Origin: Macrostomum lignano
Lineage: Eukaryota
DNA: 49,786 nucleotides
Assembly (NCBI GenBank): GCA_002269645.1
Contig: NIVC01003060.1
Location: 1-49,786, forward strand
Direction: 5' to 3'
The notes below the pieces were generated by a model that searched no databases, was not told where the DNA came from, and worked only from the letters and a program-made list of their open reading frames with translations. The translations under genes were made by a program, and so were the position numbers. Each line of letters opens with the position of its first letter. The first letter of the stretch is position 1. Shown piece by piece: positions 35,504-47,500 of the stretch.

Positions 35504-38500
35504 ATGCTGCTGCAGACGATGTCGCTGCTGCTGTCGGTCCGCTGCCTTCAAACCGATGCGGTGGCCCCGCCGCCTCCCACCGAGGCGCGGCCACCACCGC
35601 TGCAGCCGCAGAAGCCATGGTCCGAGGCCGAGGACGACCATGCGAACCCCTGCAAAGCTGGTGAGTGACTCGGGTGAGGCTGGTGAGTGACTCGGGTGAG
35701 GCTGGTGAGTGACTCGGGTGAGGCTGGTGAGTGACTCGGGTGAGGCTGGTGAGTGACTCGGGTGAGGCTGGTGAGTGACCCGGGTGAGCTGGTGAGTGAC
35801 CGGGTGAGCTGGTGAGTGACCCGGGTGATGCCGGTGAATGACCGGGTGATGCCGGTGAGTGACCCGGGTGATGCCGGTGAGTGACTCGGGTGATGCCGGT
35901 GAGTGACCCGGGTGATGCCGGTGAGTGAACCGGGTGATGCCGGTGAGTGAACCGGGTGATGCCGGTGAGTGACTCGGGTGATTCCGGTGAGTGAACCGGG
36001 TGATGCCGGTGAGTGACCCGGGTGATGCCTATGAGAAACTCGTCTTTCCAAAAAGTGATTCGGCACGCGGTTCCTGCGCCCCCCCCCTCACCGAGCGAGG
36101 CCCTTCGGGTCGCCATAAATCGACCCGGGATGGCAAATGAATATCGCGGCTCGCACTTCGGTACACGGGGAGAACTGTAGCAGCTGCCAGCTCGCTCGCC
36201 CAGCTGTTCCCAAATTCTCACGCCCCGATGGACAGGTGAGGCTGGCTGGCTACATCCGAGCGGGTACAGGCCGAGCTCCCACGAATCCCCAGCGTCCCCC
36301 CGTGGCCCCAGCTGCTCCTACTGCAGTTCCGATGCCGCACCGGCCTCGCTGACTCAACCGCGAGACTTGCACACAGGAAACACTTCGATCTGCCACAAAG
36401 CTGCCCTCAGTGTTAATAATTCAAATATGAGCTACAGCGTCCTAAACACAAACTACAGTCTCCTAAACACACAAACCAGAGCCTCCTAAACACAAACTAC
36501 AGCCTCCTAAACACACAAACCAGAGCCTCCTAAACACGCAAACTACAGCCTCCTAAACACAAACTACAGCCTCCTAAACACAAACTACAGCCTCCTAAAC
36601 ACACAAACCAGAGCCTCCTAAACACAAACTACAGCCTCCTAAACACAACAAACTACAGCCTCCTAAACACGCAAACTACAGCCTCCTAAACACAACAAAC
36701 TACAGCCTCCTACGAGCTAAACACACAAACTACAGCCTCCTAAACACACAAACCAGAGCCTCCTAAACACAACAAACTACAGCCTCCTAAACACACAAAC
36801 CAGAGCCTCCTAAACACAACAAACTACAGCCTCCTAAACACAAACTACAGCCTCCTAAACACGCAAACTACAGCCTCCTAAACACAACAAACTACAGCCT
36901 CCTACGAGCTAAACACACAAACTACAGCCTCCTAAACACACAAACCAGAGCCTCCTAAACACAACAAACTACAGCCTCCTAAACACACAAACTACAGCCT
37001 CCTAAACACAAACTACAGCCTCCTAAACACACAAACTACAGACTCCTAAACACACAAACTACAGCCTCCTAAACACACAAACTAGAGCCTCCTAAACACA
37101 CAAACTACAGCCTCCTAAACACGCAAACTACAGCCTCCTAAACACACAAACTACAGACTCCTAAGCACACAAACTACAGCCTCCTAAACACACAAAATAC
37201 AGACTCCTAAACACAAACTACAGCCTCCTAAACACGCAAACTACAGCCTCCTAAACACACAAACTACAGCCTCCTAAACACAAACTACAGACTCCTAAAC
37301 ACACAAACTACAGCCTCCTAAACACAAACTACAGACTCCTAAACACACAAACTACAGACTCCTAAACACACAAACTACAGCCTCCTAAACACAAACTACA
37401 GCCTCCTAAACACGCAAACTACAGTTCCCTGAACACAAACAGCAGTGTTGGCATCCGTGTGCTTGCTCAGGGATCACAGTCCCCTGCCATGCTCACATTG
37501 GTCTTAAAAACTCAGTCACGACACTCCGATCCCCTGTCCCGCAGTGATGTTCATGGGCGACATCGCCCTTGACGAAGATGACGTGCGGATTTTGCGTCGA
37601 AATGGAGTTTTGGACGGCAAGGAGCCACCAGCGTCGGCCAAGAAGGCGACGACAGCCGAGGAACTGCAGGCCCACCTCGGCCAGTTCGCCGACATCGACA
37701 GCGACCTGTTGACAAGCGCGACGACACCGCGACCTCGAGGCAGGCGGCCCCGACATCGGGACCGGAGCCGCAGGCGCGGCAGACGCCGCCGCAGGCAACG
37801 AGGCGGTCGAAGGCCGGCTGGCGGCAGAGGCGGCCGCGGCGGCGGCGCAGACGAAGAGCGCCGGCGGCAGCGGCGTCGGCAGCGGCGTCGGCAGCGACGT
37901 CGGGAGCGGCGACGACAGCGGCGGCTCCGGCAGCAGCGGGTCGGCCGGGTCCGCCGGGCTGCGGCCTACCCGGAGCGCAGCGTGTCGCGGTTCAAGCGGG
38001 CCGCCACGGCCGACAAAAAGCGGCTGTGGCCGCACGGAGTCATCCCGTACCGGATCCCCGCCAACTTCACCAGTGAGCAGCCCGATGGCATCCATAAAGC
38101 CTCGCTGTTTGACTTCTAAGGTCCCTGCGTACCTCAGCCTCTTCCGTGTTTATCTCAGTCTGTTCCCTGTTTATCTCAGTCTGTTCCCTGTTTATCTCAG
38201 TCTGTTCCTTGTTTATCTCAGTCTGTTCCCTGTTTATCTCAGTCTGTTCCTTGTTTATCTCAGTCTGTTCCCTGTTTATCTCAGTCTGTTCCCTGTTTAT
38301 CTCAGTCTGTTCCCTGTTTATCTCAGTCTGTTCCTTGCTCCTTGCTTATCTCAGTCTGCTCCCTGTTTATCTCAGTCTGCTCCCTGTTTATCTCAGTCTG
38401 TTCCTTGCTCCTTGCTTATCTCAGTCTGCTCCCTGTTTATCTCAGTCTGCTCCCTGTTTATCTCAGTCTGCTCCCTGTTTATCCGTCCCCTGACTACATC

Positions 38501-41500
38501 AGTCCCCGACTGTTTCGAACTGCTCAGTGGCTGATTCAATCTTCAACTCATAAATATATCGGCCGACTCTCACCCCGACTCCTCCATTCTGCCAGTCTGT
38601 GCCCCCTCATACAGCCGAACCCCCAGCTTCCCTCCTGTCTGCTTCATCCCAATCAGCACAGCGAGAGTTCCCAATCAAAGCCGGCCAGCCCACTCCCCAA
38701 ATTATTGACCTTTCACTCAACTCGTGGAAAACCTCTGAGGATTAATCGAGATGGGAACTGGGAAGAGAAATGCCCGATTATGCAAATCTGGATGCGCGTG
38801 TCTTTGACTCAGGGTGAACCTGCGGCTGGCGCCAGGTCGTTTGCGGTCTACCTGTCCATCTCTGCCTGTCCATCTCTGCCTGTCCATCTCTGCCTGTCCA
38901 TCTCTGCCTGTCCATCTCTGCCTGTCCATCTCTGCCTGTCCATCTCTGCCTGTCCATCTCTGCCTGTCCATCTCTGCCTGTCCATCTCTGCCTGTCCATC
39001 TCTGCCTGTCCATCTCTGCCTGTCCATCTCTGCCTGTCCATCTCTGCCTGTCCATCTCTGCCTGTCCATCTCTGCCTGTCCATCCTTACCTGTCCATCTA
39101 GGACAGGGATGGACAGGCAGAGATGATCAGAGCAGAGATGACAGGTAAGGAGAGATGATCAGCCTGTCCATCTCTGCCTGTCCATCTCTGCCTGTCCATC
39201 TCTGCCTGACCATCTCTGCCTGTCCATCTCTGCCTGTCCATCTCTGCCTGTCCATCCCTGCCTGTCCATCTCTGCCTGTCAGTCAGTCAGTCAGTCATTC
39301 AGTCAGTCAGTCAGTCAGTCAGTCAGTCAGTCAGTCAGTCAGTCAGTCAGTCAGTCAGTCAGTCAGTCAGTCAGTCAGTCAGTCAGTTCAGTCAGTCAGT
39401 CAGTCAGTCAGTCAGTCAGTCAGTCAGTCAGTCAGTCAGTCAGCAAGTCAGTCAGCAGCCCCCTGCACCCGCAGGCAAGCAGCAGGCTCTGTTCAAGCTG
39501 GCCATGCGGCAGTGGGAGAACGTGAGCTGCATCCGGTTTGTGGAGAAGGAGAACTCGCACAGCTCCTACATCGAGTTCACCGCCCTGGACTGCGGCTGCT
39601 GCAGCTACGTCGGCCGAAAAGGCGGCGTCCAGAGCGTCAGCATCGGCAAGAACTGCGACAAGCTGGGCATCGTGATGCACGAACTGGGTCACGTGATCGG
39701 CTTCTGGCACGAGCACACCAGGCCGGACAGGGACAAGTACATCGAGATCATCGAGGAGAACATTCTGGAGAGTGAGTCGGGGAGCCTGTGTGACTCAGGC
39801 CCGGTATGGAGAGTGAGCCGGGGAGCCTGTGTGACTCATGCCCGGTATGGAGAGTGAGTCGGGGAGCCTGTGTGACTCAGGCCCGGTATGGAGAGTGAGT
39901 CGGGGAGCCTGTGTGACTCAGGCCCGGTATGGAGAGTGAGTCGGGGAGCCTGTGTGACTCAGGCCCGGTATGGAGAGTGAGTCAGGGAGCCTGTGTGACT
40001 CAGGCCCGGTATGGAGAGTGAGTCGGGGAGCCTGTGTGACTCAGGCCCGGTATGGAGAGTGAGTCGGGGAGCCTGTGTGACTCAGGCCCGGTCTGAGTGC
40101 TCAGAGCACTGCAGGTCAGCCGTTAACCAAGAGGCTCTCACAGACGGGGAGACTTTCACCTGCTGCTCCCAGTCAGTAAGCCAAGGAAAACCAGGGGGAT
40201 TTTCATAAACCGCTGACGAGCTGATGATCGCCAGTGCACTTGCCGGGGGGGGGGGCAGCAAGGCGAGCCAGCGGACCCCCGGCACCCAATATTTCATTCC
40301 GCTGCGGAAATCCCGTGCAGTCTGGGGCGGAGGGGATTTCTTTGATCCACGGGATAAACCGGCGCCTCTCGGTTCCCCAAATTCCAGCCAGAAATGCCAG
40401 AGGTGGGAGATTTGTTGTGGGCTGTTTTCTCCCGAACTGGGAAGCGGATATGCGCACAGGCTGCAGACAATGAGCAGCTGATAGTGGCGGCCTCAGGTGG
40501 CTTCAGTGCTGTCACAAATGTAGCTTATTGGCAGAATAGTGCTGACACAAATGTAGCTTATTGACAGAATAGTGCTGACACAAATGTAGCTTATTGACAG
40601 AATAGTGCTGACACAAATGTAGCTTATTAGCAGAATAGTGCTGACACAAATGTAGCTTATTAGCAGAATAGTGCTGACACAAATGTAGCTTTTTGACAGA
40701 ATAGTGCTGACACAAATGTTGCTTATTGACAGAATAGTGCTGACACAAATGTAGCTTATTGACAGAATAGTGCTGACACAAATGTTGCTATCTGACAGAA
40801 TAGTGCTGACACAAATGTTGCTTATTGACAGAATAGTGCTGACACAAATGTTGCTATCTGACAGAATAGTGCTGACACAAATGTAGCCTATTGACAGAAT
40901 AGTGCTGACACAAATGTTGCTTATTGACAGAATAGTGCTGACACAAATGTAGCTTATTGACAGAATAGTGCTGACACAAATGTAGCTTATTGACAGAATA
41001 GTGCTGACACAAATGTTGCTATCTGACAGAATAGTGCTGACACAAATGTAGCTTATTGACAGAATAGTGCTGACACAAATGTTGCTTATTGACAGAATAG
41101 TGCTGACACAAATGTAGCTTATTGACAGAATAGTGCTGACACAAATGTAGCTTATTGACAGAATAGTGCTGACACAAATGTAGCTTATTGACAGAATAGT
41201 GCTGACACAAATGTAGCTTATTGACAGAATAGTGCTGACACAAATGTAGCTTATTGACAGAATAGTGCTGACACAAATGTTGCTTATTGACAGAATAGTG
41301 CTGACACAAATGTAGCTTATTGACAGAATAGTGCTGACACAAATGTAGCTTATTGACAGAATAGTGCTGACACAAATGTTGCTTATTGACAGAATAGTGC
41401 TGACACAAACGTAGCCTACTAGAAAATGGTTTCTGACACTAATCTATCTTTGCTACTAGTGGTGAGTTCCTGACGCAAGCACCGGCCGCCCCCACACCAG

Positions 41501-44500
41501 GCCAGAAGTACAACTTCAAGGTGCTCACCAGCATGGACGTGGATTCGCTGGGCGAGCCGTACGATTTCGACTCCATCATGCACTACGCGCGCAGCACCTT
41601 CGCCACCTCGCCGAACCTGGACGCTATGCGGCCGGTGCAGTGCTGCCCGAGGCCCAACATCGGCCAGCGGTCCTACATCTCAGCGGGTGACATCCGCCAG
41701 GTGCACAAGCTGTACGGCTGCAGAAAGTGCGGCGGCTCGCTGCTGCAGGTGCGCTCGGACGTCTCAAACTGGATTTTGTTCGGATTTTGCCTACTTCAAG
41801 TAGCATGTAGGGGCATCAGAGATCTTTTTAGGAGGCGATGTCATCTCTCTGACTGAGGAAGCTGTATAGAAATATGAATAGCTGACTCAGAGCCATTGAG
41901 TGAGGCACAGCTCAGAGAGTGAGGCATGTCAGCTCAGAGATTGAGGCATGTCAGCTCAGAGAGTGAGGCACAGCTCAGAGAGTGAGGCACAGTTTAGAGA
42001 GTGAGGCACAGTTCAGAGAGTGAGGCACAGCTCAGAGAGTGAGGCACAGCTCAGAGAGTGAGGCACAGCTCAGAGAGTGGGGCACAGCTCAGAGAGTGAG
42101 ACACAGCTCAGAGAGTGAGGCACAGCTCAGAGAGTGAGGCACAGCTCAGAGAGTGAGGCACAGCTCAGAGAGTGAGGCACAGCTCAGAGAGTGAGGCACA
42201 GCTCAGAGAGTGGGGCACAGCTCAGAGAGTGAGGCACAGCTCAGAGATTGAGGCATGTCAGCTCAGAGAGTGAGGCACAGCTCAGAGAGTGAGGCACAGC
42301 TCAGAGAGTGAGGCACAGCTCAGAGAGTGGGGCACAGCTCAGAGAGTGAGGCACAGCTCAGAGATTGAGGCATGTCAGCTCAGAGAGTGGGGCACAGCTC
42401 AGAGAGTGAGGCACAGCTCAGAGAGTCAGACACAGCTCAGAGAGTCAGACACAGCTCAGAGAGTCAGACACAGCTCAGAGAGTCAGACACAGCTCAGAGA
42501 GTCAGACACAGCTCAGAGAGTCAGACACAGCTCAGAGAGTCAGACACAGCTCAGAGAGTCAGACACAGCTCAGAGAGTCAGACACAGCTCAGAGAGTCAG
42601 ACACAGCTCAGAGAGTCAGACACAGCTCAGAGAGTCAGACACAGCTCAGAGAGTGAGGCACAGCTCAGAGAGTGGGGCACAGCTCAGAAAGTGAGGCACA
42701 GCTCAGAAAGTGAGGCACAGCTCAGAAAGTGAGGCACAGCTCAGAGAGTGAGGCACAGCTCAGAAAGTGAGGCACAGCTCAGAGAGTGAGGCATGTCAGC
42801 TCAGAGAGTGAGGCATGTCAGCTCAGAGAGTGAGGCACAGCTCAGAGAGTGAGGCACAGCTCAGAGAGTGGGGCACAGCTCAGAGAGTGAGGCACAGCTT
42901 AGAGAGTGAGGCACAGCTCAGAGAGTGAGGCACAGCTCAGAGAGTGGGGCACAGCTCAGAGAGTGGGGCACAGCTCAGAGAGTGGGGCACAGCTCAGAGA
43001 GTGGGGCACAGCTCAGAGAGTGAGGCACAGCTCAGAGAGTGAGGCACAGTTCAGAGAGTGAGGCATGTCAGCTCAGAGATTGAGGCATGTCAGCTCAGAG
43101 AGTGAGGCACAGCTCAGAGAGTGAGGCACAGCTCAGAGAGTGGGGCACAGCTCAGAGAGTGAGGCACAGCTCAGAGAGTGAGGCACAGCTCAGAGAGTGA
43201 GGCACAGTTTAGAGAGTGGGGCACAGCTCAGAGAGTGGGGCACAGCTCAGAGAGTGGGGCACAGCTCAGAGAGTGGGGCACAGCTCAGAGAGTGAGGCAC
43301 AGCTCAGAGAGTGAGGCACAGCTCAGAGAGTGGGGCACAGCTCAGAGAGTGAGGCACAGCTCAGAGAGTGAGGCACAGCTCAGAGAGTGAGGCACAGCTC
43401 AGAGAGTGAGGCACAGCTCAGAGAGTGAGGCACAGCTCAGAGATTGAGGCACAGCTCAGAGAGTGAGGCACAGCTCAGAGAGTGGACACGTCAGCTCAGA
43501 GAGTGAGGCACAGCTCAGAGAGTGAGGCACAGCTCAGAGAGTGAGGCACTGCTCAGAGAGTCAGGCACAGCTCAGAGAGTGAGGCATAGCTCAGAGAGTG
43601 AGGTACAGCTCAAAGAGTCAGACACTGCTCAGAGAGTGAGGCACAGCTCAGAGAGTGAGGCACAGCTCAGAGAGTGAGGCACTGCTCAGAGAGTCAGGCA
43701 CAGCTCAGAGAGTGAGGCACAGCTCAGAGATTGAGGCACAGCTCAGAGAGTGAGGCACAGCTCAGAGAGTGGACACGTCAGCTCAGAGAGTGAGGCACAG
43801 CTCAGAGAGTGAGGCACAGCTCAGAGAGTGAGGCACTGCTCAGAGAGTCAGGCACAGCTCAGAGAGTGAGGCACAGCTCAGAGAGTGAGGTACAGCTCAA
43901 AGAGTCAGACACTGCTCAGAGAGTGAGGCACAGCTCAGAGAGTGAGGCACAGCTCAGAGAGTGAGGCACTGCTCAGAGAGTCAGGCACAGCTCAGAGAGT
44001 GAGGCACAGCTCAGAGAGTGAGGTACAGCTCAAAGAGTCAGACACTGCTCAGAGAGAGTGAGGCACAGCTCAGAGAGTGAGGCACAGCTCAGAGAGTGAG
44101 GCACAGTTCAGAGTTTTTCAGAATTCAAGCTTCTTCCTTTTGATTGACATTCCTTTAAAAAGCCGTAGGAATTCGCGCTTTTTTACTTAGAGTAGGCGCG
44201 CTGTGCATCAAAACACCCGAATCTTAACGCAGGAAGCCGGCGAGTTCGGGTCGGCGGCCGCGACGTCGGAGCTGAGTAGCGGCAGCGGCGGCGGCAGCGG
44301 CAGTGGCGAGGTTCGCTGCGAATGGCAGATCTCGGCCACGCAGGGGGAGAAAGTGCAAATCGACATCAAGTGGCTGGACATTCAGGCTGAGGACAACCGC
44401 AACTGCGTGGCGCACTACCTGGAGATTCGGGACGGATATTACAGGGGCTCACCGCTGCTAGGTGGGTCACGGTGACCGTTGGGATGTCAATGTGAACAGG

Positions 44501-47500
44501 CGTGAATGATTCCCAGTGACTCACTGGCTGCTAATGTGAACAGGCGTGAAGGATCCCCAGTGACTCACTAGTTGCTAGTGTGAACAGGCGTGAAGGATCC
44601 CCAGTGACTCACTAGTTGCTAGTGTGAACAGGCGTGAAGGGTCCCCAGTGACTCACTGGGTGCTAGTGTGGGCAGGCGTGAATGATTCCCAGTGACTCAC
44701 TGGGTGCTAGTGTGGGCAGGCGTGAATGATTCCCAGTGACTCACTGGGTGCTAGTGTGGGCAGGCGTGAATGATTCCCAGTGACTCACTGGGTGCTAGTG
44801 TGAACAGGCTTACAATCTCCCCTTTCTACTGTGAGTAGCCGCAGCTGGTGAATCCCAAGACCATCCGGGACTGAGCGGCCGGCCTCTCCGCTTTCGTTCC
44901 AGGCCGATTCTGTGGCTCGCTGACCCGCGCAGCGTGACCTCGAACAGCTCAAGGGTGTGGATCGAGTACCGGCTGCCGCCCGCCAGCCGCAGCAGGGGAT
45001 TCTTCGCGCAGTACACCTGTGAGCTGACAGCTGCAATCTGCCAGCGTATCATTGCAATCTGCCAGTGTTTTATTGCAATCTGACAGTGTATCATTGCAAT
45101 CTGACAGTGTATTATTGCAATCTGACAGTGTATCATTGCAATCTGACAGTGTATCCTTGCAATCTGACAGTGTATCATTGCAATCTGCCAGTGTATCATT
45201 GCAATCTGACAGTGTATTATTGCAATCTGACAGTGTATTATTGCAATCTGACAGTGTATCATTGCAATCTGACAGTGTATCCTTGCAATCTGACAGTGTA
45301 TCATTGCAATCTGCCAGTGTATCATTGCAATCTGACAGTGTATCATTGCAATCTGACAGTGTATCCTTGCAATCTGACAGTGTATCATTGCAATCTGCCA
45401 GTGTATCATTGCAATCTGACAGTGTATTATTGCAATCTGACAGTGTATCATTGCAATCTGCCAGTGTATCATTGCAATCTGCCAGTGTATCATTGCAATC
45501 TGCCAGTGTATCATTGCAATCTGCCATTATCAGTTACAATCAACTCATATTGAGTTGCAATCGGTAAACATTCTGTCACAAAATGCGGTATCTCTTTGCT
45601 GTCCTCTCAAAAAAGGCTGTGCTTAAAAAGTTCGTAGGTGCTCATATCTTTCCATTTGAGGCGAAGGTTGCAGGCAGAAATCTGATTTGCCAATCATAAA
45701 TCAATCGATCATTTTTTATTTTAACGCGAGCAGCCATCTGCGGCGGCTATCGAATCAGTGACGAGGGCCAGATCTCCAGCCCCAACTACCCCAGTGCCTA
45801 CCGCGGCGACAAGGAGTGCATTTGGAAGATTGAGGTGCCTAACGGCTACTCAGTGGCGCTCAAGTTCTTCTCTTTTGAGGTGAGTCTGGGGGAGGATGGG
45901 GCATGGGGACGTCCTGCTTCCTCCTATTAGCAGGGTGAATTGCACGAGCCTCAAGCCAAAATTCCATGCCTGAACCCCGATTTAACCACTGATTGATAGA
46001 CCTCTGAGTCAGGTCAGATCAGATCAGGTCAGGTCAGATCAGGTCAGGTCAGGTCAGGTCAGATCGGGTCATGTCAGGTCAGGTCGGGTCAGGTCAGATC
46101 AGGTCAGGTCAGGTCAGATCAGGTCAGGTCAGATCAGGTCAGGTCAGATCAGGTCAGGTCAGATCAGGTCAGATCAGGTCAGGTCAGGTCAGATCAGGTC
46201 AGGTCAGATCAGGTCAGGTCAGATCAGGTCAGGTCAGGTCAGGTCAGATCAGGTCAGGTCAGATCAGGTCAGGTCAGATCAGGTCAGGTCAGGTCAGATC
46301 GGGTCATGTCAGGTCAGGTCAGGTCAGATCGGGTCATGTCAGGTCAGGTCAGGTCAGGTCAGATCAGATCAGATCAGATCAGGTCAGATCAGGTCAGATC
46401 AGTTCAGATCAGGTCATGTCAGGTCAGGTCGGGTCAGGTCAGGTCAGATCGGGTCAGGTCAGATCAGATCAGATCAGGTCAGGTCAGGTCAGGTCAGGTC
46501 AGGTCAGATCGGCTCAGGTCAGATCAGGTCAGGTCAGGTCAGATCAGGTCAGGTCAGATTAGGTCAGGTCAGGTCAGATCAGGTCAGATCGGGTCAGGTC
46601 AGGTCAGATCGGGTCAAGGTAAGATGAGATCAGGTCTGCAGTTCATCGACCCACCCGCAGCTGGAGACGCACACCCAGTGCGTGTACGACTTCGTTGAGG
46701 TGCTGGAGGGCTGGTCGCAGGACGGCGTATCGCTGGGCAAGTTCTGCGGCGAGACGGTCCCGAAGCCGGTGAAGAGCACCGGCAACCGGATGACGGTGCG
46801 GTTCAAGTCGGACAACTCCGTCAACAAGATTGGCTTTGCGGCCACCTTCGAGAAGGGTGAGCTGGCCGGGTTCGAACCCTGCTTAATCCATGATTGTGAG
46901 CATACCAATATTCAGCTCACCTTACCCGAGTCTCTCTACCCAATTCACCCTACCCAATTCACCCTACCCAATTCACCCTACCCAATTCACCCTACCCAAT
47001 TCACCCTACCAATTCACCCTACCCAATTCACCCTACCCAATTCACCCTACCCAATTCACCCTACCTAATTCACCCTACCCAATTCACCCTACCCAATTCA
47101 CCCTACCCAATTCACCCTACCCAATTCACCCTACCCAATTCACCCTACCCAATTCACCCTACGCAACTCAACCTACGCAACTCACCCTACCCAGCACACC
47201 CTACCCGTCTCACCCTACCCAAAACACCCTACACTACCTACCAAACCTACCCACCCAGAGTACGATGAGTGCATGGCGCTGCACGGCGGGCAGCAGCACG
47301 GCTGCCAGCACATCTGCGTGAACACGCTGGGCGGCTACCACTGCGACTGCCGGCCCGGTTTCCACCTGCACCGAGACGGTCGCACCTGCGAAGACACCTG
47401 CGGAGGCACCCTGGTGGCCATGCGGGGCTCCGTCACATCGCCCTCCTACCCGGACAAGTACCCGCCCAACAAGCACTGCAAGTGGCACATTATCGCCCCC

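Noticed and set aside
42289-46698. Repetitive ORFs ([22 protein letters not shown]) resembling antifreeze or structural proteins
   Set aside because: All are frames of intronic 19-, 21- and 5-bp tandem repeats between tolloid exons.
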